Source: an uncultured Oscillospiraceae bacterium
GTDB taxonomy: Bacteria; Bacillota; Clostridia; Oscillospirales; Ruminococcaceae
Length of the DNA stretch: 64,000 nt
Reading direction: 5' to 3'
NCBI GenBank assembly: GCA_964371725.1
Contig: CAYJNQ010000004.1
Location: forward strand, 25,695 to 89,694
In this document: one piece after another, positions 36,871 to 45,111 of the stretch
How positions within the stretch are numbered: the stretch's first letter is position 1
Layout: each line of letters begins with the position of its first letter
Translations under genes and position numbers: made by a program
The notes under the pieces: generated by a model
What the model was told of the DNA's origin: nothing
The model's database searches: none
Seen by the model: the letters and a program-made list of their open reading frames with translations, nothing else

Positions 36871-38126
36871 GGTTGCACCTCCACAAGCAAATCGCCCTTG
36901 GCCTTTTGCAAAACAGCCGGCGGTAGAGTAACGGTTTCCATCTCCCCCGGTGTCATGTGCTCACGCTTAAAAGAGGCCAATGTTTCACCCTCGCTCAGCA
37001 CGCACACACGACAGTTCGAAAATACATGCTTTGCCCTAAAATATACGCGCACAGATTGCCGCGTGTTTTTGTGCATCCGCTGGGGCACTGTGTGAGAAAT
37101 TCCCGTTCCCACTTTTATGCACAGCACCTCTCCCCTTTGTTTCTCCACCGCATTTTTCAGCAAATAGTCTGCCGCCGCTTTCCCTGTGTGCTCACTTTCC
37201 TCGCTGACAAAATCCACCAAATCATGCACTTGCAACACATTGCCGCAGGCGAATATCCACGGCAATGAAGTTTGCCGTGTTTCCAAAACAACGGCACCGC
37301 CTGTGTGCGGGTCTATCTCAATGTCTGCTTTGCGGCTCAGCTCGTTTTCCGCTATCAACCCTACGCTCAGCAGCACCGTATCACAAGAAAAGCACCGTTC
37401 GCTTCCCACAATTGAGTTGCGGTTTTCGTCTACCTCTGCCACCACCACCTCCTCTACGCGGTGTCTGCCGCGTATTTCTGTGATGGTGTGTGACAAAAGC
37501 AGCGGAATACCAAAATCTTCAAGACACTGCACTACATTGCGGCGCAGGCCACTGCTGTAGGGCATAAGCTCTACGCAGGCCAGTACCTCTGCACCCGAAA
37601 GCGTGAGCCTGCGCGCCATAATAAGCCCGATATCGCCCGAACCCAAAATCACCACACGCCTACCCACCGTGTAGCCTTCCAAATTCAAGTAGCGCTGTGC
37701 CGTGCCTGCTGTGAGCACACCTGCCGGGCGGTCTCCCGGCACGGCAATGGCCCCCGCTGTGCGCTCGCGACATCCCATGGCCAGCACCACAGCCTTTGTG
37801 TGCACCACACGATAGCCCTGCTCGGCGCTTACCATGTGCACCGTTTTGTCTTTGCCTATCTCAAGCACCATCGTGTTTGTGCAAAGCTCTATCTCGGTTT
37901 CTTTCACGGCTTTCACAAAACGTTCTGCATATTCGGGGCCCGTAAGCTCTTGCCCAAAGCGGTGCAAACCAAACCCACTGTGAATGCACTGGTTTAAAAT
38001 ACCCCCGGCCTCGGCTTCACGCTCAACCAACAGAATGCGACGCACACCCTTTTCGTGGGCCGCAAGCGCCGCCGCCAACCCTGCAGGCCCTGCACCCACC
38101 ACCAAAAGGTCATACCGATTGTCCAT
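36867..38126 (-). CDS. NAD(P)/FAD-dependent pyridine nucleotide-disulfide-family oxidoreductase
   Basis: YDLLVVGAGPAGLAAALAA and VVILGSGDIGL form two dinucleotide folds. The start is trimmed to ATG 38126 (MDNRYD). Confidence 0.85.
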   Translation of the reverse strand: MDNRYDLLVVGAGPAGLAAALAAHEKGVRRILLVEREAEAGGILNQCIHSGFGLHRFGQELTGPEYAERFVKAVKETEIELCTNTMVLEIGKDKTVHMVSAEQGYRVVHTKAVVLAMGCRERTAGAIAVPGDRPAGVLTAGTAQRYLNLEGYTVGRRVVILGSGDIGLIMARRLTLSGAEVLACVELMPYSSGLRRNVVQCLEDFGIPLLLSHTITEIRGRHRVEEVVVAEVDENRNSIVGSERCFSCDTVLLSVGLIAENELSRKADIEIDPHTGGAVVLETRQTSLPWIFACGNVLQVHDLVDFVSEESEHTGKAAADYLLKNAVEKQRGEVLCIKVGTGISHTVPQRMHKNTRQSVRVYFRAKHVFSNCRVCVLSEGETLASFKREHMTPGEMETVTLPPAVLQKAKGDLLVEVQP

Positions 38127-39570
38127 GCTTCGGTTCCCCCTCCCGGTTTCTGTCCTCACACAAAACAAAGGAGCCCTCTTCCTCCAGCGGAATTTGTGTG
38201 GGGCACACCCCATGATGTTCTGCCAAAAGCGCCAAAACACGCGGTGAACAAAACCCACCCTGACAGCGGCCCATTCCGGGCCCACAGCGACGTTTCACAC
38301 CCCCGAGTGAATGCGGTGGGATCGGGGTATGCAAGGCATCTTGCACCTCCCCTTCTGTGATGTGCATACAGCGGCAAAGCATCTGCCCATACTTTGGATT
38401 TTGCGCCACAAGCGCCTGTTTTTCCTCGGTGGATAACGCCGCAAACCGCAGGCGTTTTCGCTTTTCGTGCACATGTTGCCTTTCCAAAAGGGTCAAGCCG
38501 GCCTCTTGAAGAAGTTCTGCAACTCGCTTGGCAATGGCAGGCGCCGCCGTGAGGCCCGGTGATGCAATTCCGGCCACATCTAAAAGCCGCGGTGCTCCTT
38601 TTGCAAACTCGATGATGAAATCGCCACGGTCTGCCCCGGCGCGAAGACCGCTGAAGCAGCGGATATTTTGGCTAAAATCGACACCGGGCACCAAAACGCC
38701 GGCTTTTTGGCGCACCTCGGAAATCCCGGACTGTGTGGTGGCCACATCCTCAAAAGCTCTTGGTTTTTCACTGTTTGGCCCTACAATCAGGTTGCCGTGC
38801 ACCGTGGGTGCCACCAAAACGCCTTTCCCGGTTTTGCCGGGACAACCAAACACTACATGGCGCACACGCTCTCCTTCGCTTTTGTCCAGCAGATAGTAGG
38901 ACCCTCGGCTGGGTTGAATCGAGAAAGCGGGCTCTGCCAGCATATCATGAACAACGCCCGCATATACCCCGGCCGCATTGATTACAAAGCGGCTGTGCAC
39001 ATCCCCCTTGCTTGTTTGCAGCAAAATTCCCTCTGCGGTTTGCACCATGCCCAGCACTGTGCACCCAAGAGAAAACCTTACCCCGTTTTGTATGGCCACT
39101 TCGGCCAACGCCAAAGTGTATTCCCAGGGGCTCACAATGGCCGCCTCTTCGGCACACAGGGCAGACAGCACCTTTTCGCTGATGTGTGGTTCTTTCTCCC
39201 GCAAGGTTTTCGCACCCCATAGCGCCATTTTTTTTACACCATTTTGCTTGCCTTGCAACAGAAGTTTTTCCAGATGGGCCTCTTCCTCTTTTGAAAAAGC
39301 CAACACCAGCGAGCCGCAAGCCACCCTTGGCACATCCAGCGTCTCGCAAAGTGCCTTGGCCAACTGTGCGCCTTGCACATTCAATTCCGCCATCAGTGTG
39401 CCGGGTTTTGGGTCGTACCCCGCATGCAAAACCCCACTGTTCGCCCTGCTGGCTCCCATTGCCACATCATTTTCTTTTTCCATCACAAGCACATGTAGCT
39501 GGAAACGAGAAAGCATATGGGCCACTGCCGCGCCCACAATGCCACAGCCTATCACGGTTACATCCACCAT
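38110..39570 (-). CDS. FAD-dependent glycerol-3-phosphate dehydrogenase/oxidase-like protein with BFD-type [2Fe-2S] domain
   Basis: DVTVIGCGIVGAAVA (FAD fold) and a C-terminal CRCMHITEGEV...CGPGMGRCQGGFC. Confidence 0.85.
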   Translation of the reverse strand: MVDVTVIGCGIVGAAVAHMLSRFQLHVLVMEKENDVAMGASRANSGVLHAGYDPKPGTLMAELNVQGAQLAKALCETLDVPRVACGSLVLAFSKEEEAHLEKLLLQGKQNGVKKMALWGAKTLREKEPHISEKVLSALCAEEAAIVSPWEYTLALAEVAIQNGVRFSLGCTVLGMVQTAEGILLQTSKGDVHSRFVINAAGVYAGVVHDMLAEPAFSIQPSRGSYYLLDKSEGERVRHVVFGCPGKTGKGVLVAPTVHGNLIVGPNSEKPRAFEDVATTQSGISEVRQKAGVLVPGVDFSQNIRCFSGLRAGADRGDFIIEFAKGAPRLLDVAGIASPGLTAAPAIAKRVAELLQEAGLTLLERQHVHEKRKRLRFAALSTEEKQALVAQNPKYGQMLCRCMHITEGEVQDALHTPIPPHSLGGVKRRCGPGMGRCQGGFCSPRVLALLAEHHGVCPTQIPLEEEGSFVLCEDRNREGEPKHGQSV

Positions 39571-39662
39571 ATGTTTCCCCCCGCCGCTTGCCTTGATATA
39601 GGCCCACTTATCGGTTGCTTACACCTATTATACACCGTTTCTCAACACAAATACCAGAGCTT

Positions 39663-39674
39663 GTTTGCGCAAAC
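39663..39674. promoter_or_regulatory. 12-bp perfect palindrome GTTTGCGCAAAC in the divergent promoter region (operator candidate)
   Basis: Read directly. It is preceded by CTT, giving CTTGTTTGCGCAAAC, which resembles the half-site of the 44949 palindrome. Confidence 0.3.
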
Positions 39675-39858
39675 CTCTCCCTTGCCTCTTTTGCCAAAAC
39701 ATTTCAAAATTTGCAACATTCGGTTTTCCGTCAACTGGCTCTAAAGGTGGCATCGGTTTTGTAATTCTACTTTTCAGATTGCTGTCTGCTTGTACAATTC
39801 GGGTCTTATCCTGTATACTAAAAAGCAAGAACACATGGAATGGAAGTGTGAAAATTAA

Positions 39859-40572
39859 ATGGCACTGAAAGAAAAGAAAAAATTATGGCAACGTGTTTAC
39901 GATGCCATAAAAGATGAAATTGCATCCATGCAGCCGGGGGAAAACAAATTGCCCTCGGAAAACGAGTATGTTGCCAAGTTCAACGTGAGCCGTTCCACGG
40001 TACGCGATGCCCTGCAAGCTTTGACCGCCGCGCACTATGTTTCTTCCCGGCACGGAAAAGGAAGCTTTGCCCATCCCTCTGCCGTGCATTTGCAATATCG
40101 TATCGATGTGAATTTGGAATTTCTTTCCCTTTTAAGCACACCCACACACAAGGCGAAGTGCACGTGCCTGGAAAGCGAAATCGCAAAAAACAGCTTAGAC
40201 CCAAACCTAAGCGACGACTTTCCTATATATCGTCAAGTTTGGGCTTTTTCTGTGTGTGAGGAAACCCGAATTATATATCTGGCCGAAACACCGCTTCACC
40301 TGGTTGATCAAAACACACTTTCTTGCCTGCCCGCACATTCTTTTCTTTTAATTGATTGGCTGAGGCAAGCTTGCCATATTGACACAGCCTACCTTTCTGT
40401 TTCCATGTCTGCCAAGACCAATGCGAAAATGGCAGAACTTTTTAAGGTGCCACAAGACTCGCCCTTGATGATTTGGGACGAAAGCGTCTATGATTTACAC
40501 GACAAGGTCATTACAAAAGCGATGGTATATTTTCACCCAAAACAACCCGTCTGCCAATGCAATTACCTTTAG
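39859..40572 (+). CDS. GntR-family transcriptional regulator (HutC/UTRA-like effector domain)
   Basis: Winged-helix segment LPSENEYVAKFNVSRSTVRDALQAL. Confidence 0.85.
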   Translation: MALKEKKKLWQRVYDAIKDEIASMQPGENKLPSENEYVAKFNVSRSTVRDALQALTAAHYVSSRHGKGSFAHPSAVHLQYRIDVNLEFLSLLSTPTHKAKCTCLESEIAKNSLDPNLSDDFPIYRQVWAFSVCEETRIIYLAETPLHLVDQNTLSCLPAHSFLLIDWLRQACHIDTAYLSVSMSAKTNAKMAELFKVPQDSPLMIWDESVYDLHDKVITKAMVYFHPKQPVCQCNYL

Positions 40573-40595
40573 GCATTGCCTAATCAAACCATGTT

Positions 40596-40643
40596 ATGCA
40601 ACGCAAAATGCATCCGACAAAGCGGATGCATTTTGTGTTGCAT
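40596..40643. terminator. long hairpin between convergent genes (bidirectional terminator candidate)
   Basis: ATGCAAC-g-CAAAATGCATCCG-acaaa-GCGGATGCATTTTG-t-GTTGCAT, abutting the stop at 40644. Confidence 0.6.
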
Positions 40644-41459
40644 TTAAACTTCCCCTACCGTGGTTTTTAGGCGTCCGGCACGATAGGCCTCGATATAGGA
40701 AAGCGTAAACTCATCTTCTCCGTTTAACGCTCTCCATGCAGGCATGAAAGTGCCCACAGTTTCATCCATTTCCACCAGCAAACAGTCTTGCCCTGCGCCA
40801 ATCAACATGGTGGCAAAGGCGATGTCCAAAAGCCCTCTGCTTGGAAGCCCGAAAGAGATGTTGTTCAGCCCGCAAGTATAACCATACTCCGGGTGTGTTT
40901 GTTTCATTTTTCGCAAGCACTCCAAATATCGTGCTGCACCATCTTGGTCTGTGGAGAGTGCGAAAACAAGGTTGTCCAAAAGAAGGTCTTTGGGATTCAT
41001 ATCCCAAGTGTCTTTGATTTCCTCCACAATCGGAAGCATTTTGAACCGATCTTCTGCACAAGTGGGCATACCGGACTCGTCGTGAAGCAAAACAATCACC
41101 TTTGCATCGTATTCTTTCACCAGCGGCATCACCGCTTCAAAGCGCGCCCTTTCGCAAGTTGTCGAATCCACCAGCATTCGTCCGTTGCAGTTTAGCTTGA
41201 GCGCAGCCTCAATGGTATCCGGGTTTGGAGAATCAACCATCATGGGTATTTTAATTCCGGCATCCAGCACAGTGCCAATCATCCACTGCATATCTGCCAT
41301 TTCTGTTTGCACACGCGTGCCCGCGTTGAAAGAGATTCTGTCGGCTCCCCATTTGATTTGGTTTTTGCAAAGTGAAAGAAGAGCCTCTTTGTTTCTGCTT
41401 TCTACAATTTCATCAATACCATCGAGGGATGTATTGATGCTGTGCCCTACAATTTCCAT
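40644..41459 (-). CDS. pterin-binding (DHPS-like TIM barrel) protein, AcsE/MeTr/MtrH-type methyltetrahydrofolate methyltransferase-like
   Basis: The pattern MEIVGHSIN...ISFNAG...MVDSPNPDTIEAALK...LVDSTT...GLNNISFGLPSRGLLDIAF...GQD is collinear with the MeTr motifs as I recall them (IGERIN, DSxN, NS, LSNxSFG). Confidence 0.75.
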   Translation of the reverse strand: MEIVGHSINTSLDGIDEIVESRNKEALLSLCKNQIKWGADRISFNAGTRVQTEMADMQWMIGTVLDAGIKIPMMVDSPNPDTIEAALKLNCNGRMLVDSTTCERARFEAVMPLVKEYDAKVIVLLHDESGMPTCAEDRFKMLPIVEEIKDTWDMNPKDLLLDNLVFALSTDQDGAARYLECLRKMKQTHPEYGYTCGLNNISFGLPSRGLLDIAFATMLIGAGQDCLLVEMDETVGTFMPAWRALNGEDEFTLSYIEAYRAGRLKTTVGEV

Positions 41460-41614
41460 TTCATTGACCTTTCACTGAAAAGTTTGGGTATATTAAGCAA
41501 CCAAGACAGCCTAAACATGATTGGCAATTTGTGGTTTTGTCCTCTTTGAATTTTTTGAACCATCGAGCAGACAATCAGCCTGTTTTTCGCCAATACGCTT
41601 TCGTTTTTATGGGC

Positions 41615-42769
41615 TTATAGCCGAGAAACCGGGTTCATAAACGGGGCGATGTCATATCGGCAAGTATCGTGTAAAACAAGCTCTGTTACAACAGTGCCCA
41701 CAAGCGCCGAAAGCACCACGGCACTTTTGAAGCCGGCCGCCAAAATAAGCCCCGAAACCGGACTTTTGCCAAAGACGGGTTCTGTGTTGTTGGTGAAGGG
41801 GGAGGGTGTTACCCAACTGCGCAATATTTGCAAATGCGCCGCCGCCGGTGCAAAGTGTGCCAGTTTTTCTCGGATTGCCCGGCAATGTTCAAGCGAAGTG
41901 GCATCTTGGTATCTTTTGTCTACGAGGTCGTGTGGCTTCGTGGTTTCGGCCAAAAGCAAGTTTCCATAGTGGCTTTGGCTCACGCAAAGAGAAGTGGATG
42001 CCTTTTCCGGGTCGTGCGCTTCGGCAAAAAATGCGGCCGAAGAATAATACGCGTTCAAAAACGGCGCGATGGATTCGGTGACAAAACACTCGGCTTTGAC
42101 AGAGTGCACCGGCACAGAAAGCCCCGCACTGCGGCAAATGGTATGTGTGCCGGCCCCTGCCGCCACGATGGTGTTTTCTGCACGAATGACACTGCCGTCT
42201 TCCAATACAATGCCTTTGCATTGGCCGCCTTCCATGTGCAAAGAAGCCACCGGGCAGTTTTCTTTAACCGTTAGCCCCTTTTGTTTACCGCGGCGCAGCA
42301 AGGCATACATATAATGGAACGGATATACCTGGCCTTGCTCAAAATAGGTAGCCGCAAGCACGGAATCGGGGTTTATGTTCGGCTCCAAATCATACAGTGC
42401 CCCGCCCTCCAGCCAGCGGATATCCAGCCCGGCTTCTTTTTTCTCCTGATACTCTTTTTCTAAAAGCGGAAGATGGGCGGGCGCCTCTGCACCCACAAGA
42501 GAACGGCAAGGCCGATAGCCGATGTCACTGTCGAGCTCCTTTTCCATCTCTTGCATGAGTTTGAAACCGTCTAAGGTGAGCTGTAAATTGATTCCCATGG
42601 AGGAATCTTGCACTTGTACATTCCCGAAATTAGCCCCGGAAGCTCCGCGCCCGATTTCTTTTTCATCCACAAGCAAGGTGCGCACACCGCTTTTTGCCAA
42701 AAAATAGCCGCAAGCGCAACCAAAATAGCCGCCACCGATGACGATGGCATCGTACTGCATGTTAGCCAT
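41615..42769 (-). CDS. FAD-dependent oxidoreductase, DAO family (SoxB/HcnC/OoxB/PDH-beta-like)
   Basis: YDAIVIGGGYFGCACGYFLAKSG...DEKEIGRGASGANFG. The start is ATG 42769 after GGGGTGAGG; the ORF-track start at 42784 is TTG. Confidence 0.85.
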   Translation of the reverse strand: MANMQYDAIVIGGGYFGCACGYFLAKSGVRTLLVDEKEIGRGASGANFGNVQVQDSSMGINLQLTLDGFKLMQEMEKELDSDIGYRPCRSLVGAEAPAHLPLLEKEYQEKKEAGLDIRWLEGGALYDLEPNINPDSVLAATYFEQGQVYPFHYMYALLRRGKQKGLTVKENCPVASLHMEGGQCKGIVLEDGSVIRAENTIVAAGAGTHTICRSAGLSVPVHSVKAECFVTESIAPFLNAYYSSAAFFAEAHDPEKASTSLCVSQSHYGNLLLAETTKPHDLVDKRYQDATSLEHCRAIREKLAHFAPAAAHLQILRSWVTPSPFTNNTEPVFGKSPVSGLILAAGFKSAVVLSALVGTVVTELVLHDTCRYDIAPFMNPVSRL

Positions 42770-43046
42770 TGTCCTCACCCCCAAAACTGTCTATATCGCA
42801 AGGAACAGAGGGAAAGCGTGCCTTGTCCGGCGCAAGTTCTGCCGGGGCGGCAATGCCCTCGGCCACCAAAATTTGTTGAATCAACCGCCCACAGGTGCGC
42901 CCTTGGCAGGCACCCATGCCAGCCCGTGTGGCGCGCTTGATGGCAGACACCGTGTGCAAGCCGTCTGCAATTGCCTGCAAAACATCCTGTTTTGTCACTT
43001 CTTCACAGCGGCAAATCAAAAAATCATCCGTTTTCATGGCCGGCAT
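42762..43046 (-). CDS. BFD-like [2Fe-2S]-binding small protein
   Basis: ICRCEEVTKQDV...GMGACQGRTCG gives a Cys-x-Cys...Cys-x3-Cys-type BFD pattern. Confidence 0.75.
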   Translation of the reverse strand: MPAMKTDDFLICRCEEVTKQDVLQAIADGLHTVSAIKRATRAGMGACQGRTCGRLIQQILVAEGIAAPAELAPDKARFPSVPCDIDSFGGEDNG

Positions 43047-43479
43047 CCTCCTTTTTTAGGCGTTGCATAAAGCGCACGGTGTCCTTTTGCTCTTTTGGAA
43101 TCTTCAGGGTAACCAAATTGGTTTTGTTGAAAGCAGAGCGCCTATCCACCGTGAGGACCTCGGCAGGACATACAATTTGACCAAAACGGTCTGTCGCTTG
43201 TACCCTTTGGCCGGGTTCGGGAAGTGGCAAATATTCATAGGGAAAGGTGATGGTGGCACTTTCCGCATCATAATCCGGCACTTGCATGAAGATGGCTTGG
43301 CCGGGACACTCGGCCACACACAATTTGCACCCCACACATTTTTCCGCAATCAACACAGGGCAGGCATTCAAATTATCTTTTACGATGGCACCGCTTTTGC
43401 ACACAGAAACACAGGGGTTACAGGGAATTTCTTGTGTGCACTCAATGAAAGCGATTCCTTTTGCTGCTCGATTAGCCAT
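43024..43479 (-). CDS. 4Fe-4S dicluster ferredoxin-like subunit
   Basis: CNPCVSVC and CVGCKLCVAECP motifs. Confidence 0.75.
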   Translation of the reverse strand: MANRAAKGIAFIECTQEIPCNPCVSVCKSGAIVKDNLNACPVLIAEKCVGCKLCVAECPGQAIFMQVPDYDAESATITFPYEYLPLPEPGQRVQATDRFGQIVCPAEVLTVDRRSAFNKTNLVTLKIPKEQKDTVRFMQRLKKEDAGHENG

Positions 43480-44566
43480 ACAGGCAAGCTCCCTTCTCTA
43501 TGGTGCGCATTTTTCCGTCTAAACGTCGTTTGGCATGGCCACCACTGCGTAAATCATGCAGGCTTTGTTGCAAGGCATCCAAGCGCGTTTGGGCCTCGTT
43601 TGCCGAAAGACCCAGCGACACCGCAGCATGTAGGCCGGCCAAGCGCCCCTCTTCCAAGGCAGTATTGGCCTCTTCCACACCGGCAACATCGCCGCAAACA
43701 TATACATTTTCCGCGCTGCTGCGCATATAGCGGTCGTGGTAAGGGAACGTGCCCCCCAGCACACCCTCAAATGTGGTTTCACACCCAAACATTTGGGCCA
43801 GTTCAATGCGGGGATTTAGCCCAACGGCCAACAGAATGGTATCCACGTTCAGCGTTTCTTCACTGCCCTCAAGGGGGCAGAAATGTTCGTTGACTTTTGC
43901 GATGGTGGCACTTTTAACATGGGTGTCACCGTTTGCGGCCACCACCGTGGCAGAGGTATAAATGGGCACACCGGCACGCTGGATTTTTCCCGCGTGCACC
44001 CGATAGCCCGTGATGTTTGGGGCGCCTTCCACAAGGGCCACAATGTTGGCGCCGGCCTGCATGAGCTGGTAGGAAACGATGAGGCCCACATTGCCGGAAC
44101 CCACCACCAAAATATTTTTGCCCACAAGCGTGCCGTGCACATTGCAAAAGGTTTGTGCGGCGCCGGCCGTCATCACCCCGGGCAAGGTCCAGCCGGGAAA
44201 AGCAAATGCATTTTCCTTGGCACCCGTGGCCAAAATCACTTTTTTTGCCTTGTGCGTGTGCATGGTGCCACCACACAGCAGGGAAATGCTTCCATCGTCC
44301 AGCAAACCGAGCGCTCGTGTGCCAAGCTGAATGTTTACATCCAGTGTCTTGGCTTCTTCCAAAAGCAAATCGGCAATTTGAAAGCCGCGCACACCGGCAT
44401 AGTGCGCCCCGGAACCGAAAAACTTGTGAATTTGCTTGTAAAGCTGGCCGCCGGCCTTTTCGTTTTCGTCTACCAAAGTAACACGGGCGCCACAGCGGGC
44501 CGCCTCGATGCAAGCGCCAAGCCCCGCAGGGCCGGAACCCACCACCAAAATATCACTTACAGACAT
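43472..44566 (-). CDS. FAD/NAD(P)-binding oxidoreductase (SoxA-N/HcnB/OoxA/PDH-alpha-like, short form)
   Basis: ILVVGSGPAGLGA and ILVVGSGNVGL form two Rossmann folds. At 364 aa it has no GcvT-like C-terminal half. Confidence 0.85.
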   Translation of the reverse strand: MSVSDILVVGSGPAGLGACIEAARCGARVTLVDENEKAGGQLYKQIHKFFGSGAHYAGVRGFQIADLLLEEAKTLDVNIQLGTRALGLLDDGSISLLCGGTMHTHKAKKVILATGAKENAFAFPGWTLPGVMTAGAAQTFCNVHGTLVGKNILVVGSGNVGLIVSYQLMQAGANIVALVEGAPNITGYRVHAGKIQRAGVPIYTSATVVAANGDTHVKSATIAKVNEHFCPLEGSEETLNVDTILLAVGLNPRIELAQMFGCETTFEGVLGGTFPYHDRYMRSSAENVYVCGDVAGVEEANTALEEGRLAGLHAAVSLGLSANEAQTRLDALQQSLHDLRSGGHAKRRLDGKMRTIEKGACLYG

Positions 44567-44880
44567 GGCACACCCACCTTTCCAAGGCCAACTTGCCGCT
44601 GCACAACCATACCCTCTTCAAGCGGCGTGACACACGAGCGAATGTTCGGTTGCCCGTTTACCACCACAACACAGTCGTTGCATTGCCCAATACCACAAAA
44701 CAAACTGCGCGCCTCGCCGCGCTTAGCCGTGGTGCGAAAAACATCAATGCCGTTCGATAGCAACGCGGCGGCTATCGGTTCGCCTAAATTCCCGTTCAGT
44801 TTTTCTCCGTCAAAAGTAAAAGAAACTTTTTCATTTGCGGGAAATTCCAATATGGGGTGTGTTCTTACATTGGAACACAT
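44557..44880 (-). CDS. [2Fe-2S]-binding small subunit (HcnA / SoxA-N-terminal-like)
   Basis: FTFDGEKLNGNLGEPIAAALLSNGI...CGIGQCNDCVVVVNG...SCVT. Confidence 0.75.
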   Translation of the reverse strand: MCSNVRTHPILEFPANEKVSFTFDGEKLNGNLGEPIAAALLSNGIDVFRTTAKRGEARSLFCGIGQCNDCVVVVNGQPNIRSCVTPLEEGMVVQRQVGLGKVGVPCL

Positions 44881-44948
44881 AACGAAATCACCTCTCCTTT
44901 ATTCTATAAAATCCATCTATACTCAATTCATTTTCTATTCAAGCCAAC

Positions 44949-44966
44949 AACTTGTTCGAACAAGTT
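44949..44966. promoter_or_regulatory. 18-bp perfect palindrome AACTTGTTCGAACAAGTT (operator candidate, probably for the GntR regulator)
   Basis: Read directly, 69 nt upstream of the first gene of the dehydrogenase cluster. An imperfect copy, TCTTGTTCGTGCAAGA, lies at about 44984..44999. Confidence 0.4.
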
Positions 44967-45111
44967 AATTATATCGCTTTTTTCTTGTTCGTGCAAGATG
45001 AAATTAGCACAAATTATTTTTAATATTTTATTTAAAGTGACAGTTTCGCTCAACTGACTTCACCGGCAAGAACACCTTCCTGCGCATTGCGACGGCAGAG
45101 AACCATCCCAT

